From Rhodoluna sp. (lineage in GTDB: Bacteria > Actinomycetota > Actinomycetes > Actinomycetales > Microbacteriaceae): DNA of 64,000 nt. Shown one piece after another: positions 48,304 to 56,562 of this stretch (its first letter is position 1; each line of letters begins with the position of its first letter). The stretch spans positions 196,387 through 260,386 of the forward strand of contig JAHEDR010000001.1 in NCBI GenBank assembly GCA_024641095.1, written 5' to 3'. Position numbers and translations under genes: made by a program. The notes below the pieces were generated by a model. The model was not told the origin of the DNA. It saw nothing but the letters and a program-made list of their open reading frames with translations, and did not search any database.

Positions 48304-49473
48304 CTATGGCTCTATTTGGCGGTATTCCGGCGCATTTGGCTCGTTTAGCTGCTCATTGATCTCGCCAGAGACCTTAATTTCGCCAGCCGCCTGGGCCAAA
48401 GCAGCGTGTTCACCAAGGGTGCGCACCGGCTCAATAAAGGTCTTATTTAGGCGCTTCACCATTGAGTTAAAGGAATCTACCGAATCGTGCAGACCCTTGC
48501 GAAGCTGCCAAACCTCGCCAGCTAGCAGGCGAACCTGAGTGAGCATCTTCTGCCCAACGGTCAAAATTTCGTTGACAGTCTTTTCGTCTTCGCTGCGGCT
48601 CCAGATGTGCGACACAGTTTTGATCACACTAAAGAATGAAGACGGAGTAACCAGAACAATCTTGCGAGCAAACGCGTATTCCATAAGCGCAGGCTCTACG
48701 CGAAGCGCAACCGATAGCGCCGGTTCGTTTGGCATGTACATCACGGTGAATTCCGGCGATGAAACCAGACCGCTGTAGTAGTTCTTCTCGGCAAGTGTGT
48801 CTACCTGTGTCTTGATGTCGCCGATGTAAGTCTTCAAAAGGGCATCGCGCTTGGCAAAGTTGCCATCGGTGACTGAATCTTCTTCATCCATTGCCGCAAG
48901 GTAATTTGTGTAGGGCACCTTTGAGTCCACGGCAATGTAGCGATCTTTAGGCAAACGAATCACCACGTCTGGAAAACGCTTTTTCTTTTGTGGGTCTTCT
49001 TCGTCGGCTTCTAGTTTTTCTTTCTTCAAGAAGTCAACATTCGGCAGCATGCCAAGGCTCTCTAGTAGGCGCTCAAGAGTGAGCTCACCCCAAGAACCCT
49101 TGCCGCCTGGCTTGGAAAGTGCGTTTGCAAGTGCTGCAGTTTGATTGCGCAATTGGGCATCGGTGTTTTTGGCTGCGTCAAGCTGCGTGCGAATCTCGGC
49201 GAAGGCTGTGGTTGCCTTTTCTTCTTTGGCGCGAACCTCGGCCTCGAGAGTGGCCATCTTCTGTGCCAGCGGGGCAATTGCCACCAAAAGTTTTTGTTCT
49301 TCGGCGTCGCGGCGACCGTGCTCTGCGATTTGTGCCTCTAGGCGGGCAACCAGCTCATCTTTATTTGCCGGCTGCTTTGCGGCGGCACGTGATGAGGCAA
49401 TGGCCCAACCAACTGCAACACCCGCAACCAGGCCAACGACCAGGCCCAAAATCAGAAGCACATAAGTATCCAT
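48304..49473 (-). CDS. rmuC: DNA recombination protein RmuC
   Basis: N-terminal TM segment, a long coiled coil, then GSWGE..LE..LE..G and F.VMY.P.E motifs. Confidence 0.85.
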   Translation of the reverse strand: MDTYVLLILGLVVGLVAGVAVGWAIASSRAAAKQPANKDELVARLEAQIAEHGRRDAEEQKLLVAIAPLAQKMATLEAEVRAKEEKATTAFAEIRTQLDAAKNTDAQLRNQTAALANALSKPGGKGSWGELTLERLLESLGMLPNVDFLKKEKLEADEEDPQKKKRFPDVVIRLPKDRYIAVDSKVPYTNYLAAMDEEDSVTDGNFAKRDALLKTYIGDIKTQVDTLAEKNYYSGLVSSPEFTVMYMPNEPALSVALRVEPALMEYAFARKIVLVTPSSFFSVIKTVSHIWSRSEDEKTVNEILTVGQKMLTQVRLLAGEVWQLRKGLHDSVDSFNSMVKRLNKTFIEPVRTLGEHAALAQAAGEIKVSGEINEQLNEPNAPEYRQIEP

Positions 49474-49518
49474 GCCACGAGTATCCCATCGGGTACTGAC
49501 TTTTTAGGGGAGGTCCAT

Positions 49519-50088
49519 TTATTGCAGAAGCGGCTTGAGTACCTGTTTGGTTGCGGTCAGCAGCTCGGCCATATCGGTGGCACCGTGGCGATCAGCCGCG
49601 TGAATGATGATGCGTGCACAGGCATCGCTATCGGCAAGCGCATCGTGATGATCAAACTCTTCGTGACCAATCGCATAGGCAACCTGATTCAAACGGTACG
49701 ACTCTAGGTTGTAGGTCTTGCGAGAGATGGCCAGCGAACACGCGTAGTGCAGCTGGGGCAGTGGCGCGTTCACATGCGCGGCGGTAGCCCTAAGTACTCC
49801 CATGTCAAAGGGCGCGTTGTGGGCTATCAGGGTATCAACACCGATAAACGCCAACATCAGCGAAATTGCCTCTTGGGCGGTAGCGGCGCCATCAACATCG
49901 CTTGGTCTGATGCCGTGAACTTTTATGTTGCCGGCGTGGAACCAATCGTGAGGGATGGGCGGCTGAATAAGGAAGGCCAGCGAGTCAACGATCTTGCCAT
50001 CTCGTACCTTCACCAAACCAACAGCACACGGGCTAGCCGGTGAGCCGTTAGCGGTCTCAAAGTCGATTGCGGTGAAGTCAATTGGCAC
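49519..50088 (-). CDS. DEDDh 3'-5' exonuclease (DnaQ/epsilon-like)
   Basis: ExoI AIDFETAN, ExoII AHNAPFD and ExoIII H.AL.D motifs. Confidence 0.8.
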   Translation of the reverse strand: MPIDFTAIDFETANGSPASPCAVGLVKVRDGKIVDSLAFLIQPPIPHDWFHAGNIKVHGIRPSDVDGAATAQEAISLMLAFIGVDTLIAHNAPFDMGVLRATAAHVNAPLPQLHYACSLAISRKTYNLESYRLNQVAYAIGHEEFDHHDALADSDACARIIIHAADRHGATDMAELLTATKQVLKPLLQ

Positions 50089-50103
50089 GCGCCCAGTCTA
50101 GAC

Positions 50104-51186
50104 TTGACCCTCGTGGCTCTAACAATCGGAATCGTGGGACTACCTAACGTAGGTAAGTCAACCCTCTTTAATGCACTCACCAAGAACAACGTTCTAGCGG
50201 CGAACTACCCGTTCGCAACTATCGAACCAAACGTGGGAGTGGTCAACCTTCCAGACCCTCGCTTGCAGGGATTGGCTGACATGTATGGGTCAGAGCGCCT
50301 ATTGCCTGCACCGGTGTCATTCGTTGACATCGCCGGAATCGTGCGCGGCGCATCGGTTGGAGAAGGCCTTGGTAATAAGTTCTTGGCCAACATTCGCGAG
50401 GCAGATGCTATTGCTCAGGTTGTTCGTGGCTTCGTTGACGGCGATGTGGTTCACGTTGATGGCAAGGTAGATGCCGCAAGCGACATCGAGACCATCAACA
50501 CCGAGCTGATCCTGGCCGACATGGAGACTCTAGAAAAGGCCCGCCCTCGAATTGAAAAAGAAGTCAAGGGTAAAAAGATGGAGCCAGCGGCTCTTGACGC
50601 TATCGATGCAGCGCTCGCCGTATTAAACGGTGGCAAGCCAATTTCTTCTTCGGATGTTGACTTAACTCCAATCAAAGAACTTGGCCTACTTACCGCTAAG
50701 CCAATCATTTACGTGTTCAACGTAGACGAGTCAATCCTTACCGACGCCGCAAAGAAGAAGGCTCTTGCCGATCTTGTTGCACCGGCTGAGGCAGTGTTCC
50801 TTGACGCTAAGGTCGAATCTGAGTTGATTGATCTTTCACCAGAAGAAGCAAACGAACTGCTTGCCTCGCTTGGTCAAGATGAATCAGGTTTGGATCAGCT
50901 CGCCCGAATTGGTTTTGACACTCTTGGTTTGCAGACCTACCTAACCGTTGGCCCTAAAGAGGCACGCGCCTGGACAATCCACAAGGGTTGGACCGCGCCT
51001 CAGGCGGCCGGTGTAATTCACACCGATTTCCAACGTGGATTCATTAAGGCCGAAATCGTTTCTTACGAGGACTTGATGGCTGCAGGTTCAATGAATGATG
51101 CCAAGGCGGCCGGCAAGGTGCGCATGGAAGGCAAGGACTACGTCATGAAAGATGGCGACGTAGTGGAGTTCCGCTTCAACGTTTAG
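50104..51186 (+). CDS. ychF: redox-regulated ribosome-binding ATPase YchF
   Basis: GIVGLPNVGKSTLFNALT, DIAGIV.GAS.GEGLGN and a C-terminal TGS-like RMEGKDYVMKDGDV segment. The start is either TTG at 50104 or GTG at 50113, which would give MALTIGIVG. Confidence 0.95.
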   Translation: MTLVALTIGIVGLPNVGKSTLFNALTKNNVLAANYPFATIEPNVGVVNLPDPRLQGLADMYGSERLLPAPVSFVDIAGIVRGASVGEGLGNKFLANIREADAIAQVVRGFVDGDVVHVDGKVDAASDIETINTELILADMETLEKARPRIEKEVKGKKMEPAALDAIDAALAVLNGGKPISSSDVDLTPIKELGLLTAKPIIYVFNVDESILTDAAKKKALADLVAPAEAVFLDAKVESELIDLSPEEANELLASLGQDESGLDQLARIGFDTLGLQTYLTVGPKEARAWTIHKGWTAPQAAGVIHTDFQRGFIKAEIVSYEDLMAAGSMNDAKAAGKVRMEGKDYVMKDGDVVEFRFNV

Positions 51187-51194
51187 AAATTCTT

Positions 51195-51563
51195 ATGACG
51201 GTAATTGACGACTACTTGAAATCTGTGCCACCGGCTCAGAAGAAACTTCTTGAAGACCTTCGCAAAGAGATGCACAGGCTTCTGCCCGATTGCGTAGAGG
51301 CAATCAGTTACAACCTTCCTTGTTTCAAAGTCGATGGGGAAGTGGTTGGCGGTTTTGCCGCCACCAAATCTGGTGCTAGTTACTACCCATTCAGTGGGTC
51401 AACGCTACAAGTGCTTCAACACGAGTTTGCCGACTTCTCGCAGACCAAGGGTGCTTTGCACTTCACCGTTGAGAAGCCGCTAACTAAGAAGCAGATCAAG
51501 CTGCTTGTAGACACCAAATTGCAGCAAATTGCCGAAGGATATGGAAAGAAAAAGACCAAATAA
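51195..51563 (+). CDS. DUF1801 (YdhG-like) domain-containing protein
   Basis: 122 aa. The pattern IDDYL..VP......L..LR......P...E.ISY..P.F matches the family. Confidence 0.65.
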   Translation: MTVIDDYLKSVPPAQKKLLEDLRKEMHRLLPDCVEAISYNLPCFKVDGEVVGGFAATKSGASYYPFSGSTLQVLQHEFADFSQTKGALHFTVEKPLTKKQIKLLVDTKLQQIAEGYGKKKTK

Positions 51564-51618
51564 GTCTTTCTCAGTCATTCCACAGGGTTTATGACCGTTT
51601 GGGGCGTAGTCTTCAAGC

Positions 51619-52707
51619 ATGACCGTATTAGTCGGCCGACAGACGGTCTCCCAATTCACTGAGATTTTGCACCGCGTTAAAAACGCAGGTCTGCTCACCA
51701 AAAAGCCAAGCTTTTATGTCATTCGCCTTGCAGTTATCTCTGCAATTGCATCGGGTCTTTGGGTAGCCGGTGGCTTTGTTGGAAATCTAGTCAACCAACA
51801 CTGGGCCTGGATCTTCTTAGCCTTTTTTGTAGTTGGTCTACTTGGTGTGATGGCAGCGCAGTATGGGTTCATTGCGCACGAGGCGGCACACCGTCAAATT
51901 TTTAGAAGCAACAAACTAAACGACTGGTCGGGTTTGATTCTTGCCAATCTATTTGCCGGCCTTAGCTACGGCTTCTGGTTGCGCAAGCACAATAAGCACC
52001 ACCAAAAGCCAAATCAAATTGGTGAAGACCCAGATATTGCAATTCGCGTTTTAGCATTCACGCCTGAAGCACGCGATGAGAAAAAGGGTGTTGAGCGTTG
52101 GTTCACCAACCGCCAGGGTTACCTGTTTCCGTTGTTGCTTTTGTTTACAGGTTTTGATCTGCTGCTAGATAGTTTGGCTAGCCTCAAGCGCAAAGACCGC
52201 AAGATTGGCACACGCTTCGTTGAGTTTTCTTTGATGATGGTTCGCCAAACAGCACCGTATGTGATTTTGACTTTGATGTTTGGTTGGGCCTGGGCAATTG
52301 CGCTTTGGGTTTTCATGATGCTGATGTTTGGTTTCTTTATGGGTGCGGCCTTTGCGCCAAACCACAAGGGAATGCCGCTGGTTCCAAAAGATTCAAAGAT
52401 TGATTTCTTTCAGCGTCAGGTTCTCACCAGCCGCAACATTCGCGGCAGTTGGCTAACCGATAACCTCATGGGCGGATTGAATTATCAGGTTGAGCATCAC
52501 CTATTTCCTTCCATGGCAAGACCAAACCTTGCCAAGGCTCACAAGATTGTTGTTCAGTACTGCAAAGAGAATTCAATTCCGCTAGTTGAGATGAACTTGC
52601 TCTCTAGCTACATGGTGGTCATGCGCTACCTAAACGACGTGGGCCTAAGTAAGAACTCAGATCCTTTTGTATGCCCAATGGTGGCAACACTAAGACCTAG
52701 AAACTAG
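51619..52707 (+). CDS. membrane fatty acid/acyl-lipid desaturase
   Basis: Three His boxes (HEAAHR, HNKHHQKPN, QVEHHLFP) and four or more TM segments. Confidence 0.85.
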   Translation: MTVLVGRQTVSQFTEILHRVKNAGLLTKKPSFYVIRLAVISAIASGLWVAGGFVGNLVNQHWAWIFLAFFVVGLLGVMAAQYGFIAHEAAHRQIFRSNKLNDWSGLILANLFAGLSYGFWLRKHNKHHQKPNQIGEDPDIAIRVLAFTPEARDEKKGVERWFTNRQGYLFPLLLLFTGFDLLLDSLASLKRKDRKIGTRFVEFSLMMVRQTAPYVILTLMFGWAWAIALWVFMMLMFGFFMGAAFAPNHKGMPLVPKDSKIDFFQRQVLTSRNIRGSWLTDNLMGGLNYQVEHHLFPSMARPNLAKAHKIVVQYCKENSIPLVEMNLLSSYMVVMRYLNDVGLSKNSDPFVCPMVATLRPRN

Positions 52708-52724
52708 CCACTTTAAATCAGGGT

Positions 52725-52764
52725 AAAAAGAAAATCCCCCGGGCCAGTGGCCGGGGGATTTCTT
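52725..52764. terminator. Bidirectional rho-independent terminator (stronger U-tract on the minus strand)
   Basis: AAAAAGAAAA-TCCCCCGGGCC-AGT-GGCCGGGGGA-TTTCTT. Read on the minus strand, the hairpin is followed by TTTTCTTTTT. Confidence 0.8.
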
Positions 52765-52793
52765 AAACCTTTATTGCGGTTGTTTTGTAGTGA

Positions 52794-52853
52794 CTACTTC
52801 TTGCACTGGCAAGAGCCACCGCAGCAACCGTCTGTCATTGAAATCTCTGTCAT
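52794..52853 (-). CDS. Candidate 19-aa Cys-rich small protein MTEISMTDGCCGGSCQCKK
   Basis: ATG at 52853 is preceded by GAAGGAG (52866-52860) with a 6-nt spacer, and there is a second in-frame ATG at 52838. The TAG stop is at 52796-52794. Promoter-like elements lie upstream and a terminator lies downstream. There is no homology evidence. Confidence 0.4.
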   Translation of the reverse strand: MTEISMTDGCCGGSCQCKK

Positions 52854-52895
52854 TTTTATCTCCTTCTGGGCCAGTGGTTATCTGGCTTCAACTTC

Positions 52896-52923
52896 AGATT
52901 ACGCCTACTTATACTGTTGTCAA
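52896..52923 (-). promoter_or_regulatory. Sigma-70-type promoter candidate for the Cys-rich sORF
   Basis: On the minus strand: TTGACA (52923-52918), a 16-nt spacer, then TAATCT (52901-52896), about 40 nt upstream of the sORF ATG. The -35 is bracketed by the inverted repeat ACTGT/ACAGT. Confidence 0.45.
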
Positions 52924-52967
52924 GACAGTTCAACCGCCTGTCAGAAACCTCCCAGAAAGCAACCCCC

Positions 52968-53420
52968 ATGGACTTCTCAAACATCAACTGGTTAGCCGTA
53001 TTTGTGGCCTCACTAAGCTCTTTCGTCATTGGCGCAATCTGGTTTGGGCCAAAGACTTTCTACCCGGTTTGGATGAAGTTCCAGGGCCGCCAGGTTCCTA
53101 CCGAGCGCATTGAGATGTCTGGTGCCGAGACCGGTGCCATGTTTGGTGGGGCATACCTTGGTGCACTTATTCAGGTTGCAACCCTTGCCGTTTTCATTGA
53201 AGTTGCCAGAATCGTTGACCCAGCATTCGGTGCTGCTCAGGGCGCACTTGCCGGTGCACTGCTTGGGTTTGGAATTGGTGCTGCTACTTCTCTTTCACAC
53301 CGACTATTTGCGCAAAGCAACTACAAGATTGCCGATGCCTACAAGGTTTGGTTGATTGAGGTTGGTCAAGACATCGTTTCACTAACCGTTGCCGGTTTGA
53401 TCATTGGCGCCTGGGTCTAA
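52968..53420 (+). CDS. DUF1761 domain-containing membrane protein
   Basis: MDFSNINWLAVFVASLSSFVIGAIWFGPK.F...W is the typical DUF1761 N-terminus, with four hydrophobic segments. I prefer the ATG at 52968 to the listed 52917. Confidence 0.7.
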   Translation: MDFSNINWLAVFVASLSSFVIGAIWFGPKTFYPVWMKFQGRQVPTERIEMSGAETGAMFGGAYLGALIQVATLAVFIEVARIVDPAFGAAQGALAGALLGFGIGAATSLSHRLFAQSNYKIADAYKVWLIEVGQDIVSLTVAGLIIGAWV

Positions 53421-53423
53421 AAG

Positions 53424-53930
53424 CTAGTTAATGATTGTGGCCTGCGGGCCAACAATTACCGCACCCGATGGAATGCTCTTGGTAACCACGGCGTTTGCAC
53501 CAATTTGTGCGCCGCTGCCGATTTCAATGTCACCAATGATTTTTGCCCCTGCACCCAGCATCACGTTGTTGCCGATAGTTGGGTGACGCTTCACGGTGTC
53601 GTTGATTTTTCCGCCAAGAGTAACTCCGTGGTAAATCAATACGTCATCACCAATGATTGCGGTTTCTCCAATCACTACGCCCATGCCGTGATCAATCACA
53701 ACTCGTCGGCCTATTTGTGCAGCCGGGTGAATTTCAATTCCGGTCCAGAAGCGGGTCCACTGAGCGTGAATGCGTGCGGGAATGTGTAGTCCCCGGTTCC
53801 ACAACAAGTGTGCAACCTGGTGCGACCAAAGTGCGTGCAACCCCGGTGAAGTTAAGAAAAGCTCTAGAGCCGATCTAGTGGCTGGATCTTTTGCCAAGCC
53901 GGCTTGGATGTCTTCTCTTATACGTATCAA
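53424..53930 (-). CDS. cysE: serine O-acetyltransferase
   Basis: [25 protein letters not shown] and hexapeptide repeats. The TTG start overlaps the cysK stop. Confidence 0.9.
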   Translation of the reverse strand: MIRIREDIQAGLAKDPATRSALELFLTSPGLHALWSHQVAHLLWNRGLHIPARIHAQWTRFWTGIEIHPAAQIGRRVVIDHGMGVVIGETAIIGDDVLIYHGVTLGGKINDTVKRHPTIGNNVMLGAGAKIIGDIEIGSGAQIGANAVVTKSIPSGAVIVGPQATIIN

Positions 53931-54877
53931 TTAGTTGGGTTAAATTCCTCTTGAATGTCACGGTAAAGGGTTGTCGATAGATAACGCTCACCAAATGACG
54001 GGATGATTACTACGACAATCTTGCCAGCAAATTCAGGTTTGTGTGCAACTTCTACTGCAGCCTTGATGGCGGCACCAGATGAAATACCCGCCAAGATGCC
54101 TTCTTCAGCGCCCAAACGACGAGACCAGGAGAATGCATCGGCGTTCTCAATTGAGATAACTTCGTCGTAAACAGTGGTGTCCAAGATGCTTGGAATGAAG
54201 TTTGGGCCAATTCCGGCAATTGGGTGACCGGCTGCGGTTCCACCGGTAAGCAATGGTGAAGCAGCTGGCTGAACCGCGTAAACCTTAACGTTTGGGTTTA
54301 GTTCCTTAAGGCGCTGACCGGTTCCGGTGATAGTTCCTCCGGTACCCGAACCTGCAACTAGTGCGGCAACTTTGCCATCGGTGTCTCGCCAAATTTCTTC
54401 TGCGGTTGTTTCGCGGTGAATCTTTGGGCCAGCTGGGTTATCAAACTGGCGCACAAGTACGGCACCAGGGATCTCTTTGCCAAGTGACTCAGCCTTGGCA
54501 ACAGACCCTGCCATGCCTTCTGCTGCAGGGGTAAGTAGAACTTCTGCACCGTATGCACGGGTTAGAACCTTGCGCTCAAGGCTCATTGATTCCGGCATCA
54601 CAATGATCACGCGGTAACCGCGAGCAGCACCAACCATGGCTAGACCAATCCCGGTGTTTCCAGAAGTTGCCTCAATGATGGTTCCACCAGGCTTTAGCTC
54701 GCCAGATTCCTCGGCGGCATCAACCATGGCAATTGCCAGGCGGTCCTTCACCGAGCTAGAAGGGTTGTAGAACTCCAACTTTGCATACACGTGAGCGGCT
54801 GCACCATCGGTCACGCGGTTTAGGCGCACCAAAGGGGTGTTTCCGAAGGCTTCGGTGATGTTGTTGTAAAGAGTCAT
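53927..54877 (-). CDS. cysK: cysteine synthase A (O-acetylserine sulfhydrylase)
   Basis: [15 protein letters not shown] (PLP lysine), [10 protein letters not shown] and GTGGT motifs. Confidence 0.95.
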   Translation of the reverse strand: MTLYNNITEAFGNTPLVRLNRVTDGAAAHVYAKLEFYNPSSSVKDRLAIAMVDAAEESGELKPGGTIIEATSGNTGIGLAMVGAARGYRVIIVMPESMSLERKVLTRAYGAEVLLTPAAEGMAGSVAKAESLGKEIPGAVLVRQFDNPAGPKIHRETTAEEIWRDTDGKVAALVAGSGTGGTITGTGQRLKELNPNVKVYAVQPAASPLLTGGTAAGHPIAGIGPNFIPSILDTTVYDEVISIENADAFSWSRRLGAEEGILAGISSGAAIKAAVEVAHKPEFAGKIVVVIIPSFGERYLSTTLYRDIQEEFNPTN

Positions 54878-54973
54878 TTGCGTCCTTTGTGATGTTTCTT
54901 CAAGTCTGCCTCATTTTATGGCAACGCCGTTGGCCTGTTTCTAACTGTTACGGCTGGCGATTACCCTAAATAG

Positions 54974-55537
54974 GTGAAGAGACTGCTAAAAGGCATAAAC
55001 CCGTGGTTGCCGGTATTTGCCTTTGTTACCGCCTTTCACATTAACCGCGGCTCTGTAGGCGACGCCGTCATTTTTGGCCTGGCTACCGTGCTGATGATTG
55101 CCGACTGGAAAAAGCTGATTCCGTGGCACATGCCCGAGCGCCCAAAGGTAAACGGCTGGGTGATTTCCCTAGTAATTGCAATCAGCAGTAGTGTTCTATT
55201 TTTCTCGGAGCGCAACGGTTGGCAAGACATCGTTTTGTTACTCACCCTGGTGCCAATTGCCTTGACCATGGTCTACTACCGCGATCATGGGCCAAAGCCG
55301 GGCGCCACTAGGCAGATGGCAAGGTCAAAGTGGATATGGATGACCCTGGCATTAGTGATGGCCGTATCGGAGTTATTTGCCTACATCTTTGCCACTGTGT
55401 TCAAAGATGACCAGAATTACCCAACTGTTTCCATCTTGGTGAATCCCGTTTTGGAATCGCCATACGGCCGTGCAATTTTCTTGGTGCTCTGGATGCTAAT
55501 TGGCGTTGGCCTGCTCAAATTCGCAAGAAGCGGGTGA
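54974..55537 (+). CDS. hypothetical polytopic membrane protein
   Basis: 187 aa with about five hydrophobic segments. GTG start. I recognise no family. Confidence 0.5.
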   Translation: MKRLLKGINPWLPVFAFVTAFHINRGSVGDAVIFGLATVLMIADWKKLIPWHMPERPKVNGWVISLVIAISSSVLFFSERNGWQDIVLLLTLVPIALTMVYYRDHGPKPGATRQMARSKWIWMTLALVMAVSELFAYIFATVFKDDQNYPTVSILVNPVLESPYGRAIFLVLWMLIGVGLLKFARSG

Positions 55538-55541
55538 AGTC

Positions 55542-55730
55542 GTGATTCCAATCATTGAGTACTCGGTTGTGATTTTGTTGGGCTTTGCGCTTTGGATATT
55601 TGGCCGAATTCGCCCGCACATAATTGCGCCGCTGGGGGAGTTGGTTTCACGACTTATGCATCATCGCAACACTCGAATTGCGTTGATGGTTATTTGGTGG
55701 TGGCTAGGCTGGCACTTCTTTACTGAATAG
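55542..55730 (+). CDS. hypothetical small membrane protein
   Basis: The GTG at 55542 lies 4 nt after the upstream stop. 62 aa with two hydrophobic segments. The listed ATG at 55500 would overlap the upstream gene. Confidence 0.35.
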   Translation: MIPIIEYSVVILLGFALWIFGRIRPHIIAPLGELVSRLMHHRNTRIALMVIWWWLGWHFFTE

Positions 55731-55733
55731 TTT

Positions 55734-56510
55734 TTAGTTCAGCGATTCAGAAACTATTTTGTGCAACTTGCCATTTGTTGCTAACACCGATGAGCTCTCG
55801 GCAGTCAGTGGACCATTCAGTGCACTGAATTCACCGCCAGCGTTTTCAACAATTGGCACAAGAGCCGCAATGTCGTAAATCTTTAGATCGTGTTCGGCAA
55901 CTATGTCTACCGCGCCTTCGGCTAGCAGCATGTAGCTCCAGAAGTCACCGTATGCACGTGTGCGCCAAATCTTGCGGCTTAGCTGGGTAAGTTGCGGAAG
56001 CATTCCAACCTGATCCCACAACTGCAAGTTGTTGTAGCTCAAAGATGCATTCTCAAGTTCCGAAATTGCCGAAACCTTAATTTCTCTAACCTTGCCATCA
56101 AGGTCTTGGGTGAAAGCGCCAATCTCTGGTGCAGCCCACCAGCGACGGCAAAGTGCGGGGGCAGAAACCACACTCACGGTTGGCTTGCCATCAATTGCCA
56201 GGGAAATCAGTGTTGCCCAAACCGGAACACCGCGCATGTAGTTTGCTGTGCCATCAATTGGGTCAATAATCCAAGTGCGTGATGCAGAACCGGTGTTTCC
56301 GTATTCCTCACCAATCAGCGCATCGGCCGGAGCCTTCTGCTCCAAAATCTTTTTGATTGCCTGCTCCACAGATTTATCGGCGTCGGTAACCGGTGAGCGG
56401 TCAGGCTTGCTTTCAACGTGCAGGTCAAGTGCGCGAAAGCGCTCTAGCGAGATTGCGTCGGCAATGTCGGCAAGCTCAAGGGCTAGGTCAAGATCTGCTT
56501 GAAAGGTCAT
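55734..56510 (-). CDS. inositol monophosphatase family protein (possibly histidinol-phosphatase HisN)
   Basis: SPVTDADK, EE and WIIDPIDGT.NY motifs of the IMPase fold. The HisN assignment rests on actinobacterial precedent only. Confidence 0.8.
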   Translation of the reverse strand: MTFQADLDLALELADIADAISLERFRALDLHVESKPDRSPVTDADKSVEQAIKKILEQKAPADALIGEEYGNTGSASRTWIIDPIDGTANYMRGVPVWATLISLAIDGKPTVSVVSAPALCRRWWAAPEIGAFTQDLDGKVREIKVSAISELENASLSYNNLQLWDQVGMLPQLTQLSRKIWRTRAYGDFWSYMLLAEGAVDIVAEHDLKIYDIAALVPIVENAGGEFSALNGPLTAESSSVLATNGKLHKIVSESLN

Positions 56511-56517
56511 CTGCTTA

Positions 56518-56562
56518 GTTTATTCAACACTGGTTTATTCAACACTGGTTTATTCAACACTG
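56518..56562 (-). repeat. 3 x 15-nt perfect in-frame tandem repeat of the rsgA 3' end, each copy ending in TAA
   Basis: The plus strand reads GTTTATTCAACACTG three times. The minus strand reads ..AAC AGT GTT GAA TAA ACC AGT GTT GAA TAA ACC AGT GTT GAA TAA, i.e. NSVE*, TSVE*, TSVE*. The repeat ends 7 nt before the hisN-like ATG. Confidence 0.95.

Noticed and set aside
52747-53113. Two plus-strand ORFs (82 and 107 aa) spanning the desaturase/DUF1761 gap, and the long N-terminal extension of the DUF1761 ORF (start 52917)
   Set aside because: They run through the terminator and the promoter-like region, have no SD and give odd composition. The DUF1761 family N-terminus begins at MDFSNINW (52968), and the minus-strand sORF explains the SD and terminator signals better.
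56518-56562. Possible CRISPR array (short perfect direct repeats)
   Set aside because: The repeats are directly adjacent with no spacers, there are only three copies of 15 nt, and no cas genes are in the window.
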